A DNA stretch of 63,951 nucleotides, filler included. It is 5 parts of 5 records of this genome, joined end to end, with 100 filler letters (N's around TTAATTAATTAA, not from the genome) between each part and the next. Parts side by side here need not be neighbours in the genome. Positions count along the whole stretch, not along the records: positions 1 to 9,695 come from DRR723986_10565; positions 9,796 to 19,473 come from DRR723986_10574; 3 more parts are not named here. One strand, 5' to 3'. Shown piece after piece: positions 1 to 9,998 of this stretch (position 1 is the first letter of the stretch; each line of letters starts with the position of its first letter). The notes under the pieces were generated by a model, which worked only from the letters and a program-made list of their open reading frames with translations, was not told the DNA's origin and searched no databases. Made by a program: the position numbers and the translations under genes.

Positions 1-16
1 CCTTGATCACGCAAAA
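1..16 (+). repeat. contig-terminal repeat CCTTGATCACGCAAAA (inverted copy at 9676-9691)
   Basis: Exact 16-nt reverse complement at the other end of contig 1. Confidence 0.7.
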
Positions 17-125
17 GTATGCCCAAAATTCTCAGCCGGCCAACCCAATCACCTACACAACCCTAAGCTGCCCCCAAACCACAACCCAATCCACACAAAA
101 TGCGCCGCCAAACGCCTAAAAACAC

Positions 126-158
126 AAAAAGCGAAGTACAGTACGTACTTCGCTTTTT
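126..158. terminator. intrinsic, likely bidirectional terminator downstream of tRNA-His
   Basis: AAAAAGCGAAGTAC-AGTAC-GTACTTCGCTTTTT perfect hairpin with A and T tracts. Confidence 0.8.
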
Positions 159-168
159 GATTCACTTG

Positions 169-242
169 GGTGAACGACGGGACTCGAACCCGCGACGGCC
201 AGAACCACAATCTGGAGCTCTACCAACTGAGCTACGCTCACC
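169..242 (-). tRNA. tRNA-His (GTG)
   Basis: Reverse complement G-GTGAGCG TAGCTCAGTTGGTAGAGC TCCAGA TTGTGGT TCTGG...GGTTCGAGTCCC GTCGTTCAC-C. It has G-1 and a C discriminator typical of tRNA-His; a full CCA is not encoded after the discriminator. Confidence 0.95.
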
Positions 243-626
243 GTGTGTTTCTGAAGGCCACAAAAATACAAAAAAGCTTTCGTCACTCCAAGCATAATTT
301 TTCAGCCCATCCAGCGCCACCAACTCTGCCCCGTGCATCAGAATCTGTTGCATTGCACAGCTAGACAAAGTTTCTTAATTTTGTCGGTTCGTCATTGCCA
401 CACGTCTATGCACATGCGTGCAAAGCTGTCGGCTGGCGAACTTGAGTTTACAGGGGCAGGTCGTTTGCGGATGCGCCTGCCCTTCGGCAGTCGCAACAAA
501 ACGGCTCAACAGGTTTCCGGGCGCCGCCGCGCGCTCCTTATTGGTCATTCAGTATTGACCGTTCATTATCAGCATGCGGCCCAAAGGGCAAGAAAGATAC
601 GGAGTCTCCCCGCTTTCCACGGGAAT

Positions 627-1439
627 ATGTTACTCAAAACTCTACTGGCGCACATTGACGCTACGCTGCCGCCGGCAACGGCGATGGAAGGGGATCGTAT
701 CGGCCTGCAACTACAAAGCGGCCGAACCGAAGTCTCCTCCATACTCACGTGCATGGAAGTCAACGACGCCGTCGTTGAAGAAGCCGTCAGCTCCGGAGCC
801 GATTGCATCCTCGCCTTTCATCCCCTCATCTTTGTTCCACTTAAGGAAATAAACGAGGATAACAGGGTTGGGCGTCTCTGTAGCAAGCTCATTCGCGCCG
901 GTATCTCTCTGGTCGTCGCACATACTAACTTCGACGCCTATCCCGAAGGTACAAGCACAATTCTGGCCCGTAAATTGCATCTGACAATTGACGGATTCCT
1001 GCGTGCCGATGCCAACAGCAGCCAGCATGGAATGGGCGTACTCGCGCAGTTTCCCACGGCTAAATCAGCCACAGAGCTCTTGCATGATCTGAGCGCCGTC
1101 TGCGCCAGCCCGCTGCGTTATGCGGAGGGCCCTGCAAGTATAAAGCGGGTTGCCATCCTCGGTGGAAGTGGCATGTCCTTCTTTGGTGATGCCATGCAAG
1201 CCGGCGTTGATGCCTTTATTACGGCCGACGTCAAGTATCACGACTTCCACCTGGCCGATGGCCGCATGCTGCTGGTCGATCCCGGCCACTACGAAATGGA
1301 ACAATTTAACGCCCAGGGGCTGGCGTCACTGCTGAATGCAATCGCGCATAGCAGTGGAGAAACCCTACAGATTGCTGTCTCAGCAGTCAACACAAATCCG
1401 GTTCGTTATTTCCAGGATGGAAGTAACGTACATTCATGA
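627..1439 (+). CDS. Nif3-like dinuclear metal centre protein (GTP cyclohydrolase 1 type 2 family)
   Basis: Motifs GLQ, FHPLIF, AHTNFD, GGSG, TADVKYHD, GHYEME. Start taken at MLLKT rather than the ORF-track start at 333. Confidence 0.9.
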   Translation: MLLKTLLAHIDATLPPATAMEGDRIGLQLQSGRTEVSSILTCMEVNDAVVEEAVSSGADCILAFHPLIFVPLKEINEDNRVGRLCSKLIRAGISLVVAHTNFDAYPEGTSTILARKLHLTIDGFLRADANSSQHGMGVLAQFPTAKSATELLHDLSAVCASPLRYAEGPASIKRVAILGGSGMSFFGDAMQAGVDAFITADVKYHDFHLADGRMLLVDPGHYEMEQFNAQGLASLLNAIAHSSGETLQIAVSAVNTNPVRYFQDGSNVHS

Positions 1440-1487
1440 TGGTGAAACAAGCGTCAAATCTCAGAATATATTGAGCAGGAAGCAAGT

Positions 1488-2225
1488 ATGAAGGTCCGTG
1501 AAGAGTTGCAACGGCTCGCTGCACTAAGCGCCATCGACATTGAGCTCCACGATCTCCGCGAGGAGTTGGGTGATCTACCCTTTGAAGTGGAACAAATGGA
1601 AGGTGAACTCAAAGCGATCGTAGCCCGGGTAGAAGAAACCGAACACAAGGTTAAAGAACTTGTTCAGTTTCGGACCGATGCGCGTATCTCCACCCAGGAT
1701 ATGGAAGAACGCGTCAAGAAACTCGCCGAACAGCAGTTTCAGGCACGTAACAATAAAGAATTCGACGCGATCACTAAGGAAATCGAAAACCTCCAGCGCG
1801 AACGCCGCCGAATCGAAGAAGAACTGGGCAGCTCCAACCTTACCGAGGAAAACCTTAAGCGCACCAAAGACGGCCAACAAGCCGAATTTATGGAAGCTAA
1901 GGAACGCCTCGCCGCCAAAGAACGCGAACTTAAAGCCCTCTCCAGTGACCAAAACGAAGAGATGGCCGCCCTGCTGAAACAACGCGACGAACTACTCGAT
2001 CAACTCGAAGCCGAAAATCGCGAAATGTACGAACGCATCCGCTCCTATCACTACAATCCGGTCGTCCGGATTCACAAAGGTAGCTGCTCCGGCTGCTATA
2101 ACTTTGTGCCGCCCCAACGCATCGTTGAAATGCGCAAGTATCGCAAACTTGAAATCTGCGAAAACTGCGGACGCCTCATGTATCCTGAGGAAATGGAAAT
2201 CCCCGCGGAAATGACCGTCTCCTGA
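1488..2225 (+). CDS. coiled-coil protein with C-terminal C4 zinc ribbon (DUF164/CT398-like)
   Basis: Long heptad coiled coil, then CSGC...CENCGRL; lies between Nif3 and rnpB as commonly seen. Confidence 0.9.
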   Translation: MKVREELQRLAALSAIDIELHDLREELGDLPFEVEQMEGELKAIVARVEETEHKVKELVQFRTDARISTQDMEERVKKLAEQQFQARNNKEFDAITKEIENLQRERRRIEEELGSSNLTEENLKRTKDGQQAEFMEAKERLAAKERELKALSSDQNEEMAALLKQRDELLDQLEAENREMYERIRSYHYNPVVRIHKGSCSGCYNFVPPQRIVEMRKYRKLEICENCGRLMYPEEMEIPAEMTVS

Positions 2226-2263
2226 TCCACAGTCGCCAGTCTCATAATTGAAAATTGAAGTTT

Positions 2264-2719
2264 CACGAGGAAAACGGGCAGTCGCGGCGTGTCTAGCACA
2301 TGCTGAGGAAAGTCCGAACTCCACAGAACAGCATGCCGGCTAACGGCCGGACGGCAATGCACGGATTTTTTCCTGGCAGAGCCGATGGAAAGTGCCACAG
2401 AAAATATACCGCCCATGCGCAAGCTGGGTAAGGGTGAAATGGCGAGGTAAGAGCTCACCGCTTTGATGGCAACATCAAAGGCAGGGTAAACCCCATGCGG
2501 AGCAAGGTCAAATAGGGCGCTGCCGGCTTCGGCCCCTGGGTTGTTCGTCCAGGTGTCTGGTCTGGAAACAGATCAGTTGCAGCGTCGGGTAGACCGCTCG
2601 AGGGTGGCGGTAACGTCACTCCCAGATAAATGACTGCCTCTTCCCTTCCCGGGTCCTGGGTTCGCCCCTGGTCTCGCGGCACTGGAAAAGACAGAATTCG
2701 GCTTATAGTTTTCCTCGTG
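2264..2719 (+). ncRNA. rnpB: RNase P RNA, bacterial type A
   Basis: P1 CACGAGGAAAAC/GTTTTCCTCGTG; conserved GAGGAAAGTCC, AGTGCCACAGAAA, GGGTAAACCCC, GAGCAAG, AGATAAATGAC, ACAGAATTCGGCTTA; P18 present. Confidence 0.97.
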
Positions 2720-2847
2720 GCTCTTTTATTCCAACAGTCGTCCGCTCCTAACCGATGATCACCCACGCTCACGCCTTCCCTTCTTTGGGATAGCTAGCCC
2801 GTTCCCCCTATAACCTGCAACTCTGCAATCCATCCAGGATTCAATCC

Positions 2848-3168
2848 ATGAGTGATCGTCTCGGCAAACTTCTCGACTTCTACAATCAGGATAAGAACGA
2901 TACATTCGTTCGCTACGGTATCGCCCTCGAATACAAAGCCATCGGCGATCTGGACGAGGCCATCAAATGGTTTGAGGCCCTCCGCAAAAACTTTACCGAC
3001 TATCTCCCCACATACTATCAACTTGGCCAAACCTATCAAACCAAGGGCGAATTCTCAAAGGCGCAGGTAGTTCTGGAAGAAGGCATCCGCCTAGCCAAAA
3101 CCGAGCACGACACCCACGCACAGGCCGAACTCCAGGCCCTCCTCGACGAAGTGGAAGACGAACTCTAA
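2848..3168 (+). CDS. small tetratricopeptide repeat protein
   Basis: FVRYGIALEY...YLPTYYQLGQ...EEGI pattern of short TPR proteins. Confidence 0.85.
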   Translation: MSDRLGKLLDFYNQDKNDTFVRYGIALEYKAIGDLDEAIKWFEALRKNFTDYLPTYYQLGQTYQTKGEFSKAQVVLEEGIRLAKTEHDTHAQAELQALLDEVEDEL

Positions 3169-3293
3169 CATCTTCTCCCTCAACAAATCGCATGTCCTTC
3201 TACAACCAGCCGCAGTCATTTGTGGTCGCCGGCAGCATCTCCCTTCCCTTATCCGCCCTCACATTTTTAAGTATCACGCTTCCAAAACAAGAC

Positions 3294-3330
3294 CGCTTTG
3301 AGCCCTTCGCTTTGCTTGGTCTCAGGCTTT
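3294..3330 (-). repeat. dispersed AAAGCCTGAG...GAAGGGCTCAAAGCG hairpin repeat, copy A
   Basis: Reverse complement AAAGCCTGAGACCAAGCAAAGCGAAGGGCTCAAAGCG resembles the copies at 19271, 58165 and 60686. Confidence 0.65.
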
Positions 3331-3800
3331 CATATCCATCTTGTTAGTTTTTGGGTCCAAATCCCCCATCAATTCAGTGGCTGAGTTTGGCATTTCTTCC
3401 AGCCCCAAGCCCCGTAATATTCCGGCTCACAGCACTTAGGGAACACAGCTAAAGACATACACCTCTAAAAAAATCCCTGACCCGTGACTTTCCGGCTCAC
3501 AGCAAGTGTGAAAAACTCATTGATTCAAAATCCGACCGCTAAGTAACCGAATCTGACCGCTACGAGCCTTCCAGAATCATTTGAGACTAAATGCCTTGAA
3601 TATTGATGAAATTTGACTCCCAAATCGCCAACCCAGTGACTTGCCAGCCGGTCGGAGCCCTGAAATGCCCCCCACCAAGACCCGTAAACACTCAGATGAT
3701 AGTTAGGATCTGCGATCGGGAATTTGAAACCGCAGTCGGAAACCCAGAACCGAGAAGCGCAAAAAGGTTTCCCGAATCAGAAACCATGAGGCAGAATTCC

Positions 3801-3961
3801 GGAAGCCGGATATCGAGAAGCCAGAGCCGAGAACCGGATACCTGGAATCATGAGCCGCAATTCAGGCATCGAGTTTCGAAAACCCGGAACCTCGAATCGA
3901 AAAGACTGAACCTGAAATTGGGAACCGAAAAGCCGGAAACCAATAACCACAACCTGAAATC
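3801..3961 (+). repeat. degenerate 7-nt periodic tandem array (about 23 units, consensus near GGAANCC)
   Basis: ggaagcc ggatatc gagaagc cagagcc gagaacc ggatacc tggaatc ... tgaaatc read in 7-nt register. Confidence 0.65.
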
Positions 3962-4103
3962 TACAATTGCTTGAAACAGCAACTACCCAAAAACACACAA
4001 AACCACCAGACTAACAAGGCCGTGTGCGTGCCCACTACATACCTGCGTAGAAACTTAAGCACTTGCGGCAATAGTTCGTAGCGGGCAACTATTTCTTAAA
4101 ATG

Positions 4104-4769
4104 TTAAACGCGAAACTCGACGCCGCCGACTGATTCCAACATTTCCTTGGTAATGACACCCTGCCGCAAAATACGCGGCGGCTCGGCTGTTAAGTCCACA
4201 ACCGTGGAGGCAAGCCCTACGCGTGCGGGGCCGCAGTCCACCAGAGCAGCTACGCGGCCTCCGAGCTGCTCCAACGCGTCCTTAGCGTTCGACGGTGCCG
4301 GTTTGCCGGCAATATTGGCCGAACTGCCCACAAGCCCACCGCTACGTTCGAGTAAAGCCAGAGCAAAATCGTGATCGGGTACACGCACGCCAACACTGCT
4401 GCCACCAGCCGTAACGATATCCGGCACGTGCTGGGAACGCCGCACAATACAGGTTAAGGGGCCAGGCATAAATGCCTGAGCCAGCTGATAATACAGCGGC
4501 GGAACATCACTGGCATAGGCCACGACATCATTGGGATGCGCCAAATGAATTGTCATCGGATTGTTAAGTGGTCGTTTTTTGGCGTCGAAGACGCGCTGGA
4601 CCGCCTGGGCGTTGAGTGCCACGCCGCCAATGCCATAAACGGTTTCCGTTGGGAAAATCACCGGCATACCGGCCTGCAAAATGTTAAGTGCAGAACGGAG
4701 GGCACCGTAGGAATCATCCAGGCCGTTAAGGACTGTTGTCATTTGGAGGTGTTCCTGGGCTTCAGACAT
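4104..4769 (-). CDS. tsaC: L-threonylcarbamoyladenylate synthase (Sua5/YrdC)
   Basis: FPTETVYG, KKRPLNNP, PGPLT, GVRVPDH, SSAN, STVVD, ILRQG. Confidence 0.93.
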   Translation of the reverse strand: MSEAQEHLQMTTVLNGLDDSYGALRSALNILQAGMPVIFPTETVYGIGGVALNAQAVQRVFDAKKRPLNNPMTIHLAHPNDVVAYASDVPPLYYQLAQAFMPGPLTCIVRRSQHVPDIVTAGGSSVGVRVPDHDFALALLERSGGLVGSSANIAGKPAPSNAKDALEQLGGRVAALVDCGPARVGLASTVVDLTAEPPRILRQGVITKEMLESVGGVEFRV

Positions 4770-4928
4770 AGATTCTCCCAAGCGGCAGATTATTAACCAC
4801 AAAAAATTAGACTGTATTATGCACCCTGGCCGAAGCACCAGGAGTGGGCTCTGAATAGGCTGTGGCAGAGCTATCAGGTAGCCAAAGTCATCAACATTTT
4901 ACTGCTTGATTCTGACGCATGTGCGGCC

Positions 4929-6722
4929 CTAGGATTTGAGAGATTCGTCCAGCCACACAGACTTTAGGATGATGCGGTTCATTGGATCGAGCGGGTTATC
5001 GCGCACCCAGGGCTGCAGAAGCCGGTAGTGCATTTCGTAGAACAGCATAATCGACGGCGCTTCCAGGATCACCAGCTGTTCGGCAGCACGATATACCAGA
5101 TTGCGCTGCGCCAGGTCCGTAATGGCGACGGCACTGTCCATCAGCTGGTTAAACTCTTCGTTTTGCCAGCGTGTGTTGTTGGGATAACTGGGCTGCTCGG
5201 AGTCCTGTGGTACCAGACGTCCGTCAAAGAGGTTAAGATAGTTTTCGACGTCCGGATAGTCGCCGTACCAGCGCGTGCCCCAGAATGCCAGGCGACCGTA
5301 GTCGGCTTCTTCGAGCATGCGCGAGAATTGGAGTTTTTTGATCTCGACTTTGACGTTCAGCGTAGCGGCGAGCATGTTTTGCACAGCTTCGGCTACCTGA
5401 ACGAGGCGCGGCTCTTCGTAGACCGTCATCGTGATATTCGGAAAACCCGCGCCGTCGGGATAACCGGCGCGTTCGAGGAATGTGCGCGCTGCCGCTGGGT
5501 CAAACCTAAATCCCTTAACGGAATCGATGGGATAACCGGGAAATACCGGCGGCGTAATGCCATTCTGCGCGGGACCAAATGGCGCGCCACGCAGCACATG
5601 TTTGACCAGTTTTTCGCGATCAATGGCGGATGCAAAGGCGCGGCGTACGTCCGCATTATCAAAAGGCGCCTGCGTGCTGAGGAAACTAAAGAACCACGAG
5701 AGCATGGCCGGAGTGGCCTGCAGCTTGTATTGGCTGTATTCCGGCTTGAGTTTGCGCGTAGCAGACTCAACAACCTGCGGGTAGAACTCGGTGGGGATTG
5801 TAAAGTTCTCTTCGAGGCGGCCGGAAGTAAATTCGGCAAACTGGACACGGTCGTCCGGCACAAATGTCATCGTCACTACATCGAGCAGCGGCAGCTGATT
5901 GCCATGTTCGTCCTGCTGCCAATAGTTGGGGTTGCGCTCCAGGCGAATCTCCTGATCGGGTTTCCAGTGCACGAGCTTAAATGCGCCGGTGCCAACGGGA
6001 TTGCGGAAAAAGTCCGCACCGTAGTGTTCGACGGCTTCGCGCGGCACAATGCAGCCGAGCGAGTTGATCAGGTAATACAAAAATGGCGCGTAGGGCGCAT
6101 TCAGTTCAATCACAAATGTCGAGTCATTGGGCGCACGCAGGCCGCTGACACTTGAGGGTGTTTCCTGCTGTTTGTTGAGGGCCTGGTAATATTCGAGCGC
6201 GCCTTTGACTTTGCCACGAAAAGCCCAGAATTGGACCGACTTCGTACGCGGATCACAGCAGCGCGTTAGCGAATAACGCACGTCTTCGGCCGTCATCAGG
6301 CGGCCGTTTCCGCCGGGAAAACAGACATTATCCTGAAATTTTACGTCGGTGCGTAAATGAAATGTGTAGGTGCGTCCGTCTTCCGCGATTTCCCAGTTCT
6401 TTGCCAGCTCCGGAATAATATTGAGTTGGGCATCGAGGGAAATCAGTCGGTCGTAAATCTGGAGCGCGACGTCGTCCGAAAGTTTGCTGTTGATCCGTAC
6501 AGGATCGAGGGCATTCGGATTTCCGCGCAACATATTCAGGCGGTATTCGCCGCCGGCCAGCTTGCCGCCCCGCAGCTGTACTTGCTGTGTTTCTGCGGGT
6601 TCAGGGGCCGGTGAGCCGCAACTACTGAGTGCAATCACACCCAGTGCAAAACAAAAAAGGTATTTAAACCGTGAGCCCCCAAAAAGGCTGTGGGGGGCGC
6701 TACGGTCAGCGAATTTTGGCAT
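4929..6722 (-). CDS. ABC transporter substrate-binding lipoprotein, family 5 (OppA/DppA-like)
   Basis: Lipobox ALSSC, LDP, PELAKNWE, YTFHLR, PVGTGAFKL, NPNYW, VRRAFASAIDRE. Start codon uncertain. Confidence 0.9.
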   Translation of the reverse strand: MPKFADRSAPHSLFGGSRFKYLFCFALGVIALSSCGSPAPEPAETQQVQLRGGKLAGGEYRLNMLRGNPNALDPVRINSKLSDDVALQIYDRLISLDAQLNIIPELAKNWEIAEDGRTYTFHLRTDVKFQDNVCFPGGNGRLMTAEDVRYSLTRCCDPRTKSVQFWAFRGKVKGALEYYQALNKQQETPSSVSGLRAPNDSTFVIELNAPYAPFLYYLINSLGCIVPREAVEHYGADFFRNPVGTGAFKLVHWKPDQEIRLERNPNYWQQDEHGNQLPLLDVVTMTFVPDDRVQFAEFTSGRLEENFTIPTEFYPQVVESATRKLKPEYSQYKLQATPAMLSWFFSFLSTQAPFDNADVRRAFASAIDREKLVKHVLRGAPFGPAQNGITPPVFPGYPIDSVKGFRFDPAAARTFLERAGYPDGAGFPNITMTVYEEPRLVQVAEAVQNMLAATLNVKVEIKKLQFSRMLEEADYGRLAFWGTRWYGDYPDVENYLNLFDGRLVPQDSEQPSYPNNTRWQNEEFNQLMDSAVAITDLAQRNLVYRAAEQLVILEAPSIMLFYEMHYRLLQPWVRDNPLDPMNRIILKSVWLDESLKS

Positions 6723-6871
6723 AACGATTTTGTAATATTCAATGCGGGATGTAGAGCGGAATGCCTGACGGCACGCGCATGCGCGAATTAGTTGTTTCAA
6801 TCTACACAGAAAGGCCCTAATTTTGAATCTTTCCAGAGATTTCCAGCTTTGCGCAACTGCGGAGGAACCGA

Positions 6872-9424
6872 ATGCGACCGATTAAAACGTTCGCTGTTTC
6901 ACCTGTCTTACCTGACCGTTTACAACACTTAAAGGAACTGGCCTACAACTATTGGTGGACCTGGGACGCTGATGGACGTGAGATGTTCTCGCGGATCGAT
7001 CGTGGCCTGTGGGAGCGAGTAGCACACAACCCTGTGCAGTTGCTCAATCGCGTTCCGCAGCAGCGCCTGCACACCCTGGCGGAAGACAGTGACTATGTAA
7101 ACTTTATGGAGAGCGTCCACAGACGTTTTAAGGATTACATGGCACGCCGCAGCTGGTACGAAACATCCGGCCATCCTGAAGATGCGTCGATTGTGTATTT
7201 CTGTGCTGAGTTTGGCATCCACGAGAGTTTCCCGAATTATTCGGGCGGTCTGGGTGTGTTGGCCGGAGACCACCTGAAGTCGTCGAGTGACCTGGGCCTG
7301 CCGTTGGTTGGGATGGGACTGTTGTATCAGCAGGGATATTTCCATCAGTACCTGGCGCAGAACGGTTGGCAGAACGAATCGTACCGCGACAACGATTTTA
7401 TGTCGATGCCTTTGGTGCGCGTCCTGGATGAGAACGGCACGCCGATTGTGATTGACGTGGAGCTGCCGGAAGGCCGTGCGTACGCACAACTCTGGAAAGT
7501 TGAAATTGGGCGGACGACGCTGTACTTGCTGGACTCCAACATAGAGCAGAACAGCAATACGCTCTACCGCGGCATCACCGAGCAGCTGTATGGCGGTGAC
7601 GTGGAAATGCGTATCCAGCAGGAAATTATGCTGGGGATTGGTGGTGCGAAGGCGCTGCGTGCCATGAAGATGAATCCGACGGTGTGCCACCTGAACGAGG
7701 GACATGCGGCCTTTTCGGGCCTGCAGCGCATTCGTTTCCTGATGGAAGACCGCGGGCTGGACTTCAACTCGGCACTGGAAATCGCACGCAGCGGTAATGT
7801 GTTTACGACACATACGCCGGTACCGGCGGGTAATGAAGTCTTCTCGCTGGATTTGATCGAGCGTTACTTCAGCGATATGTTCCGGGCTTTGGGCCTGAGC
7901 CGCGAGGAGTTTTTTGCGTTGGGGCGTCAGGAATCGACGAATTCCAACGAGGCTTTCAGCATGACGGTTTTGGGCTTGCGTCTGGCGGGTTTCCACAACG
8001 GTGTGAGCCAGCTACACGGCAAGACGGCGCAGAAGATGTGGCGTCAAATCTGGTCCGACTTCCCCGTCAGCGAGGTGCCGATTGGAGCTGTTTCGAACGG
8101 CGTGCACTCTCTGACCTGGATTTCGCGCGATATGGCCGAACTCTACGATCGTTATCTGACACCGGAGTGGCGCACAAATACGCCGGACCAGTCGATCTGG
8201 AACGCTGTAGACCAGATTCCCGACGAGGAGCTGTGGCGCGCACACGAGCGGCGGCGCGAGCGCCTGGTGATTTCGGCACGTCGGCACCTGCGCAGCAAGA
8301 TGCGCAGATTCGCAACGCCGGAGCAGATTGAGAAAGTTAATGAGTATCTGAATCCGGATACCTTTACGATTGGGTTTGCGCGCCGCTTTGCGACCTACAA
8401 GCGCGGCACGCTCCTGTTTGGTGATATGGAACGCCTGGCGCGCCTGATCAACAATGCAGATGGACCGATTCAGCTGGTGATGGCCGGCAAGGCGCACCCG
8501 CATGACATTCCGGGCAAGGAGATGATCAAGCAGATTTCCGAAAAGATCAAACAATTTGGTCTGGAGCGCTCGATCGTTTTCCTGGAAGACTACGACATGG
8601 CGGTAGCACGCTACATGGTCAAGGGTTGTGACATCTGGCTGAATACGCCGCGACGTCCCCTGGAGGCCAGCGGCACGAGCGGTATGAAAGCAGCTATGAA
8701 TGGCTGCCTGCACGTCAGCACACTCGACGGCTGGTGGGACGAGGCTTACAATCGACGCAACGGCTATTCGATTGGCAGCGGCGAGGTGTATTCGACTGTT
8801 GAGGAGCAGGATGCAATTGAACGCGAGGCGCTGTTTACGCTGCTGGAGCAGGAAATTGTGCCGACCTTCTATAGCCGTTCGCGCACCAAGGTTCCGGGGC
8901 GCTGGGTGGAGCGCATGAAGGAGTCGATCCGGACTGTAGGTCCAACGTTTTCGACTTCGCGCATGGTCAGCGACTATTGCAACGAATATTACGTTCCGGC
9001 GATGCAGTCCGTTGGCAAACTTGTGGATGAGAACTGCAAACGCGCCGTGGACCTGACGAACTGGAAGCGGCATGTGCAGGCTTCGTGGCATTCGGTGGAG
9101 ATTGGCCATGTGCAGGTGGATTACACCGACAATGCGTATGTGGGCAAATCGATCCGTGTGCAGATGCAGGTGCATCTTGGTGAGCTGCAGCCGTCCGACG
9201 TAGCTGTGGAAGCCTATTACGGTCCAACTGACACGGATGGCAACTTCCAGGACGGCGAGGCGGTGCCATTGAAGCATATATCGAGCGATGGCGGCGTACA
9301 TACCTATCGCGGCGAGTATGTCTGTGAGATAAGCGGCACGCAGGGCTGTACAGTTCGTGTGAGCCCAACCAACGAGCTGATGATTCGCAACTCGGACATG
9401 TATATTTGTCGCTGGGCGACCTGA
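6872..9424 (+). CDS. glgP: alpha-glucan (glycogen/starch) phosphorylase
   Basis: YSGGLGVLAGD, HLNEGH, TTHTPVPAG, ARRFATYKR, EASGTSGMKA (PLP lysine). Confidence 0.96.
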   Translation: MRPIKTFAVSPVLPDRLQHLKELAYNYWWTWDADGREMFSRIDRGLWERVAHNPVQLLNRVPQQRLHTLAEDSDYVNFMESVHRRFKDYMARRSWYETSGHPEDASIVYFCAEFGIHESFPNYSGGLGVLAGDHLKSSSDLGLPLVGMGLLYQQGYFHQYLAQNGWQNESYRDNDFMSMPLVRVLDENGTPIVIDVELPEGRAYAQLWKVEIGRTTLYLLDSNIEQNSNTLYRGITEQLYGGDVEMRIQQEIMLGIGGAKALRAMKMNPTVCHLNEGHAAFSGLQRIRFLMEDRGLDFNSALEIARSGNVFTTHTPVPAGNEVFSLDLIERYFSDMFRALGLSREEFFALGRQESTNSNEAFSMTVLGLRLAGFHNGVSQLHGKTAQKMWRQIWSDFPVSEVPIGAVSNGVHSLTWISRDMAELYDRYLTPEWRTNTPDQSIWNAVDQIPDEELWRAHERRRERLVISARRHLRSKMRRFATPEQIEKVNEYLNPDTFTIGFARRFATYKRGTLLFGDMERLARLINNADGPIQLVMAGKAHPHDIPGKEMIKQISEKIKQFGLERSIVFLEDYDMAVARYMVKGCDIWLNTPRRPLEASGTSGMKAAMNGCLHVSTLDGWWDEAYNRRNGYSIGSGEVYSTVEEQDAIEREALFTLLEQEIVPTFYSRSRTKVPGRWVERMKESIRTVGPTFSTSRMVSDYCNEYYVPAMQSVGKLVDENCKRAVDLTNWKRHVQASWHSVEIGHVQVDYTDNAYVGKSIRVQMQVHLGELQPSDVAVEAYYGPTDTDGNFQDGEAVPLKHISSDGGVHTYRGEYVCEISGTQGCTVRVSPTNELMIRNSDMYICRWAT

Positions 9425-9466
9425 TGGCCTGGATTGGCAAATGAGTTGAATCGAGCGATCTTTTGA

Positions 9467-9498
9467 GAGCCGGAGCATGTCTCCGGCTTTTTGTTTTT
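9467..9498 (+). terminator. intrinsic terminator after glgP
   Basis: GAGCCGGAG-CATGT-CTCCGGCTT followed by a T-rich tail. Confidence 0.85.
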
Positions 9499-9695
9499 AA
9501 AGGATTTGGGTGCTGGGGGCTGAGGATTGGGTTTGTTGGCAGTAGTGCCGGGAACTGGAAGATTTTGGCGGCCGGGGTAGATTTTGCGGGGTAGGATGTT
9601 TTTGAGCGGCAGGTTTTGGGACCTGAGTGGGCAGGGATTTGGGTTTAACGGGAATGCGGTTTGGATTGGGCGGATTTTTGCGTGATCAAGGGGTC

Positions 9696-9795
9696 NNNNN
9701 NNNNNNNNNNNNNNNNNNNNNNNNNNNNNNNNNNNNNNNTTAATTAATTAANNNNNNNNNNNNNNNNNNNNNNNNNNNNNNNNNNNNNNNNNNNN
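9696..9795. other. artificial contig linker
   Basis: N-run / TTAATTAATTAA (stops in all frames) / N-run, 100 nt. Confidence 0.98.
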
Positions 9796-9912
9796 TTGCT
9801 TTTTGAGCTTCTTGTTAGTTGTTGAACAGCAAGCCCGCAGCCTAAAAGTCTGTGAGTCTTGTCTGGTGACGTGGCATTGGCCGGTAGCATCAAATGCTGC
9901 AGAGTTTTGATA

Positions 9913-9970
9913 CAGCGACTAACAAAAACAAACAACAAGCCACCAAATGGAATGCCGGGGGCGAAGTGCT
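9913..9970 (+). repeat. dispersed GCGACTAACAAAAA...AGCCACCAA...GGGGGCG repeat (inverted copy at about 18812-18870)
   Basis: CAGCGACTAACAAAAACAAACAACAAGCCACCAAATG vs the reverse complement of 18835-18870, CGGCGACTAACAAAAAGATAAGCCAGCCACCAAGTG. Confidence 0.6.
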
Positions 9971-9998
9971 CAAGACGGCAATCAACAATCGTGCAGAC

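Noticed and set aside
333-626. N-terminal extension of the Nif3 ORF
   Set aside because: Family similarity begins at MLLKT (627); the upstream part is likely the divergent promoter region shared with tRNA-His.
3603-3974. 123-aa ORF, and likewise the ORFs over 13306-13910 and 60716-61081
   Set aside because: Translations of tandem repeats; probably non-coding.
6929-9478. Long antisense ORFs (355 and 488 aa) opposite glgP, and similar ones opposite the SBP and S9 genes
   Set aside because: Shadow ORFs from codon bias on the coding strand; no recognisable motifs.
1-9695. Contig 1 as a transposon with terminal inverted repeats
   Set aside because: Contains only housekeeping genes and no transposase; better explained by assembly breaks at a dispersed repeat.
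9696-9795. TTAATTAATTAA palindrome in N-runs (four times)
   Set aside because: Identical 100-nt artificial spacer, not biological.
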